Below, one piece after another: positions 7,476 to 17,629 of a stretch of DNA of 39,043 nucleotides. Within the stretch, counting starts at the first letter, position 1. Each line of letters opens with the position of its first letter. Source of the DNA: Candidatus Limnocylindria bacterium. Its GTDB lineage: Bacteria > Chloroflexota > Limnocylindria > QHBO01. Location of the stretch: contig JBOGTA010000102.1 of the NCBI GenBank assembly GCA_050695855.1, positions 1 through 39,043 on the forward strand, given 5' to 3'. The translations under genes and the position numbers were made by a program. Under the pieces are notes generated by a model. It saw nothing but the letters and a program-made list of their open reading frames with translations. It did no database searches and was not told the DNA's origin.

Positions 7476-8392
7476 CCGCGGAGTGGCTCGCTCCCAGCGA
7501 CGAGGTTCGGCAGGCCATCGCCACCGGTCAGCCGGTGGTCGCGCTCGAATCGTCGCTGATCGCACAGGGCCTTCCGGTGCCGGACAACCTGACCACCGCC
7601 CTGGCTGCCGAAGCCGCGGTGCGTGCCAGCGGGGCCGTGCCCGCCACCACGGCAATCGTGGACGGGCGAGTGGTGGTGGGAGCCGACCGATCACTGTTGG
7701 AGCGCCTCGCCAACCCCGAGTCCCGGGCAGCCAAGGCCACCTCGCGCGACCTGGGACCGGTACTCGCCTACCGCGGGTTGGCGTCCACCACGGTCAGTGC
7801 CACCCTGCGTGCGGCGCACGGCGCCGGGATCGCGCTCATGGCCACCGGCGGCATCGGCGGTGTCCATCGGGGGGCGGAGCGCAGCTTCGACGTCAGTTCC
7901 GACATCGACGAGCTGGCCGCCACACCGGTGGCGGTCATGTGCAGCGGGGCGAAGGCCATCCTGGACCTGCCCGCGACCCTGGAGCTGCTGGAGACGCGCC
8001 GCGTCCCGGTGGTCGGGTTCCGGACGTCCGAGATGCCGGCGTTCTACAGCCCGACCAGCGGACTGCCGCTCGCTCATCGGGTCGATTCGGCCGAGGCGGC
8101 AGGTCGGACAGTCGCGACTCACCGATCACTCCTCGGTGTGGGCGGTCTCCTCCTTGTCCAACCGCCACCGGCCGACGTGGCCATCCCGGCCGAGGAGGTG
8201 GAACGGTGGATCGCCGAGGCCATGGAAGCGGCGGCCGCCGACGGCATCCGCGGCGCAGAGGTGACGCCGTTTGCGCTGCAGCGCATAGTCGAGGCCTCAG
8301 GGGGGCGCGCGCTGCGCGCCAACATCGGTCTGATTATCGCCAACGCTGGCGCAGCCGCCGAGGTGGCCGTCGCGTTGCGCGCGCTATCCTAG
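7472..8392 (+). CDS. psuG: pseudouridine-5'-phosphate glycosidase
   Basis: PVVALESSLIAQGLP, MATGGIGGVHRG, DVSSDIDELA and VMCSGAKAILDLPATLELLET are typical PsuG/YeiN features. The GTG start overlaps the kinase stop (GTGA). Confidence 0.9.
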   Translation: MTAEWLAPSDEVRQAIATGQPVVALESSLIAQGLPVPDNLTTALAAEAAVRASGAVPATTAIVDGRVVVGADRSLLERLANPESRAAKATSRDLGPVLAYRGLASTTVSATLRAAHGAGIALMATGGIGGVHRGAERSFDVSSDIDELAATPVAVMCSGAKAILDLPATLELLETRRVPVVGFRTSEMPAFYSPTSGLPLAHRVDSAEAAGRTVATHRSLLGVGGLLLVQPPPADVAIPAEEVERWIAEAMEAAAADGIRGAEVTPFALQRIVEASGGRALRANIGLIIANAGAAAEVAVALRALS

Positions 8393-8420
8393 GCCCGGCC
8401 GATCCACCGGGAGACAACCC

Positions 8421-8978
8421 ATGCGGATCTACGACGGGAGCCCGCGCCAGAACTGGGAAGAGGTCCTGCGCAGCATCGGGTCGTGGGCGGACCGCCAGCC
8501 CCTCAAGGAGATCCTGTTCCTGGAGCTTGACGGCGGGTTCCTGGTCCAGGGCATTGCGGAGTCCATGGGCGGCCAATGGTCGGAAACTGGGACGTTCTCC
8601 AAGCAGACGCATGAGCTCACCGATGACCAGGTCGGCGACCTGATCGGCGCCGCCGAGGCGCAGCGGGGCACGGCTGCGGCGGATCACCCGGAACTCGGAC
8701 TGGCCAACTTCTATGAGCAGGCGCTGCGGATCATCGGGAAGTGGCTCGACGGCGTGCAACCGCGAGACGTGTTCTTCTTCGAGCAAGAGGGCTCGTTCGT
8801 CGTCCGCACATTCGTCGTCGCGGCCCATGGCAAGGTCGGCCACCAGCTCTCCGAATTCACTCGGGACGAAATCGTAGGTATGATCGAGGCCGCACCACTC
8901 GACCGCGGACGCGGCACAGCCCAACCGCCACCGGTCGAAGCGCCCTCCGAGGCGAGTGGAACGGAGATCGATACATGA
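8421..8978 (+). CDS. hypothetical protein built from two tandem ~70-aa repeats
   Basis: SD GGGAG lies 6 nt upstream of the ATG, and GC3 is high. Repeat A is NWEEVLRSIGSWADRQPLKEILFLELDGGFLVQG...HELTDDQVGDLIGAA. Repeat B is NFYEQALRIIGKWLDGVQPRDVFFFEQEGSFVVRT...SEFTRDEIVGMIEAA. Confidence 0.75.
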   Translation: MRIYDGSPRQNWEEVLRSIGSWADRQPLKEILFLELDGGFLVQGIAESMGGQWSETGTFSKQTHELTDDQVGDLIGAAEAQRGTAAADHPELGLANFYEQALRIIGKWLDGVQPRDVFFFEQEGSFVVRTFVVAAHGKVGHQLSEFTRDEIVGMIEAAPLDRGRGTAQPPPVEAPSEASGTEIDT

Positions 8979-9127
8979 ACATTCTCAAGGCTCTCGCGAT
9001 CGCCATCGGCGCCATCTTGGCGGCGCTGGTGATCGTCCCGCTGACCGTCTTGGCCGGCCTGTTCGTGTGGCTCAAGTTGACCGAGGAGGTCGACGAGGAG
9101 CCCTGGGAGATCGACGACGCGATCTAG
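8975..9127 (+). CDS. 50-aa single-TM micro-protein with an acidic C-terminus
   Basis: The ATG overlaps the upstream stop (ATGA). Sequence: MNILKALAIAIGAILAALVIVPLTVLAGLFVWLKLTEEVDEEPWEIDDAI. Confidence 0.55.
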   Translation: MNILKALAIAIGAILAALVIVPLTVLAGLFVWLKLTEEVDEEPWEIDDAI

Positions 9128-9146
9128 GCCCGGGCGACCGGGCTAG
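9124..9146 (+). terminator. GC-rich hairpin with a GCGA tetraloop at the end of the two-gene module (no clear U tract)
   Basis: gcccgg-gcga-ccgggc (9128-9143) is extendable by CTA/TAG with one bulge. It begins at the stop codon of the micro-protein. Confidence 0.3.
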
Positions 9147-9217
9147 CCACGGATCCTGGCCGAGGCTACCATTCGTCGCCCCGATCTCAAGGCGACACCG
9201 CCTGACACGAGCCCAGC

Positions 9218-10282
9218 ATGGGGGGATCTGGCGCCATGAGCGGCCCGCTCATCCGGCGGTGGACGCTGATCGCCGCCTCAGCCATTGGCTGGGTGGCCTT
9301 CATGTTCACCACTGTCCGATACCTCGCGGTCAGCGTGGCCCTCGAATCACAGCAACCGCTGTTCATCTACCTCGACTGGCGCGCGTACGCTACCGGAGCC
9401 GGCCAGCTGCTGGACCGCACGCTGTACCGCATCCCGCTGGACGCCGGCGAGGCTCCGCTTCCGCTGGATGTATTCAACTTGCCGCCTCTCGCGGCCGCGG
9501 CTGCGCTCCCCTTCCTGGCGTTGGACTCGGATGGCCCGCTCGCCTGGCAGCTGCTCGCCGCGATCGCCGTGGCCCTCGCCGCGATCGCCCTCGGTCGCAT
9601 GCTGGGGCAGAGCTGGACCGGCGCAGTGCTCTGGGCCGGAGTCGGGCTGGGTGCCTACGTGGCGTTGGACCGGCTCGCGGTGCGGGAGGAATTGAACTAC
9701 TGGTGGGGCCTCGTGCTGGGCAACAACGGGTACCTGATGCTGGGACTCATCGCCGCCTTCGCGCTTGCCTACGCCGCGGGCCACTGGCGAGCCGCGGGAT
9801 TGCTGCTTGCGGTGGCCATTGGCCTCAAGGTCTGGCCGCTCGCGCTTGTGCCACTGCTCGTCCGGGAGCGGAGCTGGACCACGATCACGTGGGCCGGTGC
9901 TGCGCTGGCCACCCAGGCTCTGGTCTTCGTGCTGTGGCTTGGCCCCGAGGCGGTGCCGTTCGCCCTGGCCGCCCTCGGCGAGCGCGCTGAGGTGGACACG
10001 CTGACCATCGGCGTCGCCTCCGTCGGAGTGTTCGTCAGCTGGTGGCCCGCTTGGGCGCCGCTCGCCGCGTGCCTGATTCTGGCCCTGCTGCCGGCGCGCG
10101 GCTTGACGGGTCTTGGCCTGGGCATCCTTGCCGGCCTCGCCGCCATTACAAACCTGTGGGGCCACTATCTGCCGACCATCATCTTCGGCCTGGTCCTGGT
10201 TGCCGGTGGACTCGTGACGGCAGCCCGAGAGCAGGGTGCACGCCGCGAACCGCGTTCGGCCGCGGAGGGAGCGATCCCCTAA
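9218..10282 (+). CDS. polytopic membrane protein, GT-C / DUF2029 (GT87)-like glycosyltransferase candidate
   Basis: 354 aa with about 10 TM segments. The central LLLAVAIGLKVWPLALVPLL resembles the conserved K-x-x-P loop of DUF2029 mannosyltransferases. The family call is tentative. Confidence 0.7.
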   Translation: MGGSGAMSGPLIRRWTLIAASAIGWVAFMFTTVRYLAVSVALESQQPLFIYLDWRAYATGAGQLLDRTLYRIPLDAGEAPLPLDVFNLPPLAAAAALPFLALDSDGPLAWQLLAAIAVALAAIALGRMLGQSWTGAVLWAGVGLGAYVALDRLAVREELNYWWGLVLGNNGYLMLGLIAAFALAYAAGHWRAAGLLLAVAIGLKVWPLALVPLLVRERSWTTITWAGAALATQALVFVLWLGPEAVPFALAALGERAEVDTLTIGVASVGVFVSWWPAWAPLAACLILALLPARGLTGLGLGILAGLAAITNLWGHYLPTIIFGLVLVAGGLVTAAREQGARREPRSAAEGAIP

Positions 10283-11112
10283 CCGCTGGAAGCGGAGGCC
10301 AATCCCCAGGCGATCGTCCATAGCACTGAAGCGGCCAGAATGCCTTGCCAGAGCCGCGCGACATCCGACGTCCCGCGCAGGACGGCGAGCAGGCCGAGAC
10401 CGCCGAGCACGAAGCTGGCCGCGTCAAGCCGATTCTCCAGGGCAAAGCTGAGCCCGATCGCCAGCCCGACGCCCGCCACCAGCCCGACCGCCAGCCGATG
10501 GGCGTGCACTCGCCCGAGGACCTGGGCCAGGCATCGCGAGCCCAGCGCGGCATCGGATTCGAAGTCCCGCAGCGTGTTGGCCAGGTGGGCCGCGGCGGCG
10601 AATGGGGCCACCAGGACCACGGCCGGAGCCACGCGGTCGAGCGGGACGCCGACTCCGGCCGCCACCCACAGCGGCAGCAGGCCGAAGCTCACGAGGTACG
10701 GAACCACCGACAGTGGCGTGCGCGACAGCCAGAGGTTGTAGGCCAGGGCCGAGGCGCTGGCCGCCAGTCCCAGCACCAGTGGCAGCGTTCCCAGCCGACT
10801 GGACGTCGCGATCTGGAGGGCCAACCCGCCAGCCGCGATCCACAGCGCGGCGCTCGCCGACAGGTCTCCAGCCGGCAGCGGTTTCTCGGGCTGCACCACG
10901 GCGTCGCGAGCCTGGTCGGTCAGGTCGTTGGTGGCGCCGGTGAACACCTGAGTGCCGGCCACGCTGGCGGTCAGCAGGGCGATCGCCGCGGGGTCGATCG
11001 GGCCGCCGCGCTCGGCAGCCAGGATGGTGGCCAACGCGGCAGACAGCGCGGTCACCGCCGCGGCAGGGGCGGGGTGAACCAGGCGCACGGCGGCCCAGGC
11101 ACGGCGCAGCAC
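10279..11112 (-). CDS. UbiA-family prenyl / phosphoribosyl transferase
   Basis: Asp-rich motifs NDLTDQARD and RDFESD sit in a ~9-TM protein. Only the 3' third of the 865-aa ORF is real. The start is uncertain: a GTG at 11112 is the first canonical start downstream of the region antisense to pyrG. The stop overlaps the convergent gene (CTAA). Confidence 0.78.
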   Translation of the reverse strand: MLRRAWAAVRLVHPAPAAAVTALSAALATILAAERGGPIDPAAIALLTASVAGTQVFTGATNDLTDQARDAVVQPEKPLPAGDLSASAALWIAAGGLALQIATSSRLGTLPLVLGLAASASALAYNLWLSRTPLSVVPYLVSFGLLPLWVAAGVGVPLDRVAPAVVLVAPFAAAAHLANTLRDFESDAALGSRCLAQVLGRVHAHRLAVGLVAGVGLAIGLSFALENRLDAASFVLGGLGLLAVLRGTSDVARLWQGILAASVLWTIAWGLASASSG

Positions 11113-11211
11113 GAGCGCATCGTACGCGCGAGCCTCGACCGGTGGCCCTCCCGCCCGGTCGTATCGGTCGATCGGTGTGGCGCGAATGGGGTACCATCGG
11201 GACCCGGGTAG

Positions 11212-13035
<1,824 letters not shown>

Positions 13036-13043
13036 CCGGATCG

Positions 13044-14639
13044 GTGACCCGTACCGCTCCGCGGCGCGGCTCGACCCGCCGCCGCGCTACCGGTGCATTC
13101 GACCAGGCCGCGTACGAGGCGGAGGTCGAGACTTTCACGGCCGAGGAGGGCGAGGCGCAGTACGCCAACCTGGCCGGATTCCGCACCGAGCTTGACCTGG
13201 CGCCGGTCTACCGACGACACGCGGACCTGTTTTCCGAGGCCGCCATGGCGGGACTGCGGGCAGCCGCGGCGGGCAACGACGCCGGGGCCCGTCGGGCCGG
13301 CCGCCTGCTGGGATTTGCCATCGAGGGCCATCTCGAGCAGACGGTGGCCGACATCTCGGACCGCATCGCCGTCGCCGAGACCACCGCGGCGGTCATGTGG
13401 CGCGGCGAGCGGATCGGATATCGCCAAGTCCCAATCCGCGTGGCCGACATCACCGACCGGGACGAGCGCAACGCCCTCGATGGGCGCTACCGGCTGGCAA
13501 TGGAAGCCATCAATCCGCTTCGGGAGGAGCGTTGGGAACGGCTGCACGCCGAATCCCGCGCCCTCGGCGCGCCGGACTACGTGGCTCTCACCCGCGATGC
13601 CGCTGGCTTCGATCCGGAGGCGGTGGCCGACGGCACCGCGGCCTTCCTGACCAATTCGGAGACGCTTTACTACGCCGCCCTTCGTCGTTACCTGGCCCTG
13701 ATCGAAATCGAGGGCGGCGATGCCAGCGTCGCCGATCTGGCGCACCTGCTTCGCGGCCGGGGCTGGGACCAGCACTTCGAATCCGGCCGCCTGATGTCGG
13801 TGGTGGGAGCGACGCTCGGCGGGCTGGGCATCGACGTCGCCCGCCAGCGCGGGATCACGCTCGACCTCGAGCCGCGCCCGGGCAAGACATCCCGCGCGTT
13901 CTGTGTCCCGATCCGGGTCCCCGGCGACGTCCGCCTCGTTGTCCAGCCCCGCGGCGGGCACGAGGACTATGGCGGCGCGCTCCACGAGATGGGCCACCTC
14001 CAGCACTACGCCCACATCGCGCAGAGGCTGGCACCAGCCGATCGCTACATCGGCGACGCCAGCGTGACCGAAGGGTGGGCCTTCGTCTTCCAATACCTGC
14101 TCGCGGAGCCGGACTGGCTGGAGGAGGAGCTGCGCATGCCATCGGACGCCATCGCCAGCTGGCTCGACTTTGGCGCATTTCGGAAGCTCTACTTCCTCCG
14201 CCGCTATGCCGCCAAGCTCCTGTACGAGCTCCGCCTCCATCGCGGCGGCCCATGGACTGTCCACCGGGCGGAGTACGCCGGCCTGCTGGGCCTGCTGACC
14301 GGCGTCATCACCCCCGAGGCCAGCTACCTGGCCGACGTGGACGATGGCCTGTACGCGGCCAAATACCTTCGGGCGTGGCAACTCGAGGGAAGTCTGTCCA
14401 CCTCCCTGCGCGATCGATTCGGTGTCACCTGGTGGCGGTCGACCGACGCCGGCACCTTCCTGCGGTCCATGTGGCGCAGGGGACTAGGACCATCGGCCGA
14501 GAACGTGGTTGCCTCCCTCGGGTATGATCACCTCGATTGGCGGCCGGTCCTGCGCCAGATCCGCGCGCAGCTGATCGGCCAGATGAGTGGCTACGGCGGG
14601 CCGAACATTACGACCCGAGCCGGAAGCCGCAAGGTCTGA
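13044..14639 (+). CDS. HExxH zinc metallopeptidase (M3 / oligoendopeptidase-F-like)
   Basis: LHEMGHLQHY zinc motif in a ~530-aa soluble protein. The GTG at 13044 is the first start after the pyrG stop. The family assignment is tentative. Confidence 0.7.
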   Translation: MTRTAPRRGSTRRRATGAFDQAAYEAEVETFTAEEGEAQYANLAGFRTELDLAPVYRRHADLFSEAAMAGLRAAAAGNDAGARRAGRLLGFAIEGHLEQTVADISDRIAVAETTAAVMWRGERIGYRQVPIRVADITDRDERNALDGRYRLAMEAINPLREERWERLHAESRALGAPDYVALTRDAAGFDPEAVADGTAAFLTNSETLYYAALRRYLALIEIEGGDASVADLAHLLRGRGWDQHFESGRLMSVVGATLGGLGIDVARQRGITLDLEPRPGKTSRAFCVPIRVPGDVRLVVQPRGGHEDYGGALHEMGHLQHYAHIAQRLAPADRYIGDASVTEGWAFVFQYLLAEPDWLEEELRMPSDAIASWLDFGAFRKLYFLRRYAAKLLYELRLHRGGPWTVHRAEYAGLLGLLTGVITPEASYLADVDDGLYAAKYLRAWQLEGSLSTSLRDRFGVTWWRSTDAGTFLRSMWRRGLGPSAENVVASLGYDHLDWRPVLRQIRAQLIGQMSGYGGPNITTRAGSRKV

Positions 14640-14729
14640 CCGGACGCCGACCTTCACCCCACCCGGAGCCAGCAGCGGCCGATCGGCCCGCCTTGCGCCC
14701 CGGTTCCCCTTGACGGAGACCTATCCCCC
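14640..14729 (+). promoter_or_regulatory. C-rich, G-poor rho leader (rut-like; possible autoregulatory attenuator)
   Basis: The runs ccttcaccccaccc, ccttgcgccccggttcccctt and cctatccccc lie directly upstream of the rho ATG. A bulged hairpin gcggcc-gatc-ggcccgc lies at about 14676-14693. Confidence 0.25.
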
Positions 14730-16193
14730 ATGAATGACGAATCTCGCCAGCCCCGACGCGGACGGCCGCGCCGTCGCCCCGACGGGGGTGGGCCGCGCCG
14801 CCACGGTGGCGCACCGCGCGGGAACTTCCAGCGCCGCCGCGACTTTTCCGGCGGATACGCATCGGTCTATCCGGGTGGATACCCGCAGACCGCCGAGGAA
14901 GAGCCGGCCCTGACCCTGGGCGAGCTCCAGGAGAAGTCCATCGACGAGCTCCGCGACCTGGCCACCGAGTACGGCATCGAGGCCGACGGCCTGGAGCACT
15001 CGGATCTCGTGTTGAAGCTTCTCGACGCGGTGCCGCTGGCCCAGGCCAGCCGTCGCGAGGAAGTCGTGCCCGGCGAGGTGTCCGGCATTCTCGAGATCGT
15101 GGACGAGGGCTTCGCCTTCCTCCGTCGCCATGGGGTGATGCCTTCGCCGGACGACATCTACGTCTCGTCCAGCATCGTTCGTCGCTTCGGCCTGCGCACC
15201 GGGGATCGGGTAGTCGGCCTCAGCCGCGCCCCGAAAGACCAGGAGAAGTACTGGGGGCTGGCCCGCGTCGATTCGGTTAACGGGATCGACCCCGAGCTCG
15301 CCCGGCGCCGGCCGAATTTCGACTCGCTCGTCCCGGTCTTCCCCGACGAGATGTTCGACCTGGAGATCGACCAGAAGAACCTGACCCAGCGGCTCATCAA
15401 CCTGATCGCGCCCATCGGCAAGGGGCAGCGCGGACTGATCCTGTCTCCGGCCAAGGCCGGCAAGACGACGGTGCTCAAGAACATCGCCCACGGGATCACC
15501 GAGAACCATCCCGACGCGCTGCTCATGGTCGCCCTCATCGGTGAGCGACCGGAGGAAGTCACCGACATGCAGCGCTCGGTGCAGGGCGAGATCTATGCCT
15601 CGACCTTCGACGAGCCCACCGAGAACCACACTCGTGTCGCCGAGATGACCCTCGAGATCGCCAAGCGCCAAGTCGAGACCGGCCGCAACGTGGTCATCCT
15701 GCTCGACTCGATCACCCGCCTGGCCCGGGCCTACAACCTGGCCCTCCCGGCGTCCGGCAAGACCCTGTCCGGTGGCGTAGACCCGGCAGCGTTGTACCCG
15801 CCCAAGCGCTTCTTCGGCGCCGCGCGGAACATCGAGGGCGGAGGAAGCCTGACCGTTATCGCCACCTGCCTGGTCGACACCGGCTCGCGGATGGACGACG
15901 TCATCTACGAGGAGTTCAAGGGCACCGGCAACATGGAGCTCCTCCTCGACCGGAAGCTCTCCGAGAAGCGGATCTTCCCGGCCCTTGACGTGCTCAGGTC
16001 CGGCACCCGTCGCGAGGAGTTGCTCCTCGACGACAACACCCTGAAGATGATCTGGACCATGCGCCGGATGCTGAGCGCGCTCGGCCCCAACGAGGGCATC
16101 GAGCTGCTCATGCAGCGACTGGGCAAGACGAAGAACAACGCCGAGTTCCTCGTCCAGCTCTCGAAGAGCGTCGAGGCCTCCGAGGGCCGATGA
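14730..16193 (+). CDS. rho: transcription termination factor Rho with an Arg/Gly-rich N-terminal extension
   Basis: The RNA-binding domain ([14 protein letters not shown]), Walker A ([10 protein letters not shown]), and the Q and R loops are all present. The first ~55 aa are RG-rich ([34 protein letters not shown]). Confidence 0.97.
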   Translation: MNDESRQPRRGRPRRRPDGGGPRRHGGAPRGNFQRRRDFSGGYASVYPGGYPQTAEEEPALTLGELQEKSIDELRDLATEYGIEADGLEHSDLVLKLLDAVPLAQASRREEVVPGEVSGILEIVDEGFAFLRRHGVMPSPDDIYVSSSIVRRFGLRTGDRVVGLSRAPKDQEKYWGLARVDSVNGIDPELARRRPNFDSLVPVFPDEMFDLEIDQKNLTQRLINLIAPIGKGQRGLILSPAKAGKTTVLKNIAHGITENHPDALLMVALIGERPEEVTDMQRSVQGEIYASTFDEPTENHTRVAEMTLEIAKRQVETGRNVVILLDSITRLARAYNLALPASGKTLSGGVDPAALYPPKRFFGAARNIEGGGSLTVIATCLVDTGSRMDDVIYEEFKGTGNMELLLDRKLSEKRIFPALDVLRSGTRREELLLDDNTLKMIWTMRRMLSALGPNEGIELLMQRLGKTKNNAEFLVQLSKSVEASEGR

Positions 16194-17569
16194 GGCCGCC
16201 TGGCGGCCTCCGAGGGAACCCGCTCCAGGCCCCGATCACCATCGCCGCGTGCATCGTCCTGGCGCTTGGTGCCTGCGTGCCCGCATCGGTAAGCCCATCT
16301 GCCTCGCCCGCGGGCTCGTTTGCGGACCCCGGCGCGACGCCGGAGTCGAGCACGACCTTCGGCCAGGTGGTACCAGCCCCGGGATCGGACAGTCGGATCT
16401 ACGGCCCCAACCCGGGGGCGATCGTGGTCGCCATCGACCCTGGCCATGGCGGCTGCCTGGACTGGGGCGTGCCGAACCCCTATGACAACACCGTCGCCCG
16501 GTCAGAGAAGACGCTGACTCTGGCGATTTCGCTTGCGCTCCGCGAGCGGCTCGAGGCGGATGGTGTCACCGTCGTGATGACCCGCGACGCCGACCTGGCG
16601 CTCGCCGGCGACCTGTATCCCAATCTGGGGTGCCACGGCGAACCCTTCCGTGACGTCAACGGGGACGGCTACGCCGGGTACGGCGCCCTGTATCCCGAAG
16701 GGACCCGCACCAGGGATGAGCTGTCGGCCCACATCGACCTCGTCAACCTCGCGCGCGCCGACGTCCTCATCAGCATCCACATCAACTCGCTGACCGAAGG
16801 CGGCGAGGTGCTCGAGATTGCCGCCACCGAAACCTTCTGGACCGATGAGACGCCGTGGGGCGTCCCCGTCTCGGAACGGTTGGCGACCCTGGTCCAGGAC
16901 GAGGTCGTGGCGGCCATGCGCGGAGTGGCCCCCTACGACCGCCAGGACCGCGGCATCGACGCGGTGAACTACTACGTCATCGCCCCTCCCACCGAGACCG
17001 GCGACCCGCGGGAGCCGCGGCGCGGCATCCTGATGCCCGGCGTCCTGGCCGAGGTCGGCTCTATTTCCCTCGCCACCGAGGCCGACCTGCTGACCACCGC
17101 AGCAGCCCAGGAGGCAATCGCCGAGGCGCTTGTCGGCGCGCTGGTCAGCTGGTTCGCCGACCGTCCCCTGGGCGTCCGCTTCGACCTGCTGGCCCCCGGT
17201 GGGATGGCGGGCGTGGCGCCCTCGGTCGAACCCGGCGACGGACCGATGTACTGGCCACTGGTCGTCAGCGCAGGCGCACCGCTGGGACTTCACCTCACCA
17301 ATACCGGGACCCGGCCGTGGCCCGCAGGCGTACAGCTGGTGGCGGGTTGGGTCGCCACGACCGAACCCTACCTGGCCCGACCCCCGCAATTGGCGCCCCT
17401 GGATGTCGAGGTGCCGGCCCTGGCGCCAGGCGAGTCCGTCGACCTCCGCATCGTGCTGCCCGATCCTGCGAGCGAGGTTCGGTCGGTCGCCTGGATTACG
17501 TTGCGGGCGGGCACCACGACCCTCTCTGACCTCGGCGCGCCGGCCCTGCAGCTGGCATCTGGGACGTAA
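16190..17569 (+). CDS. N-acetylmuramoyl-L-alanine amidase (Amidase_3) lipoprotein with a C-terminal Ig-like domain
   Basis: Lipobox LALGAC. Also VVAIDPGHGG, EKTLTLAISLALRERLEADGVTVVMTRD and ISIHINS. The start overlaps the rho stop (ATGA). Confidence 0.9.
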   Translation: MRPPGGLRGNPLQAPITIAACIVLALGACVPASVSPSASPAGSFADPGATPESSTTFGQVVPAPGSDSRIYGPNPGAIVVAIDPGHGGCLDWGVPNPYDNTVARSEKTLTLAISLALRERLEADGVTVVMTRDADLALAGDLYPNLGCHGEPFRDVNGDGYAGYGALYPEGTRTRDELSAHIDLVNLARADVLISIHINSLTEGGEVLEIAATETFWTDETPWGVPVSERLATLVQDEVVAAMRGVAPYDRQDRGIDAVNYYVIAPPTETGDPREPRRGILMPGVLAEVGSISLATEADLLTTAAAQEAIAEALVGALVSWFADRPLGVRFDLLAPGGMAGVAPSVEPGDGPMYWPLVVSAGAPLGLHLTNTGTRPWPAGVQLVAGWVATTEPYLARPPQLAPLDVEVPALAPGESVDLRIVLPDPASEVRSVAWITLRAGTTTLSDLGAPALQLASGT

Positions 17570-17575
17570 AGAATG

Positions 17576-17605
17576 TTGACCCGGCTTTGACGCTCTTGCT
17601 AGGAT
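17576..17605 (+). promoter_or_regulatory. sigma-70-like promoter candidate for the M23 peptidase gene
   Basis: TTGACC (17576-17581), an 18-nt spacer, then TAGGAT (17600-17605), in the only A/T-enriched stretch of this gap. Confidence 0.35.
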
Positions 17606-17629
17606 CGCCCGGCACGACGCCATATCTCC

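Noticed and set aside
10247-10257. GAAC-CGC-GTTC palindrome, considered as a second LexA box.
   Set aside because: The spacer is 3 nt rather than 4. It lies inside the 3' coding end of the GT-C-like gene, with no promoter context.
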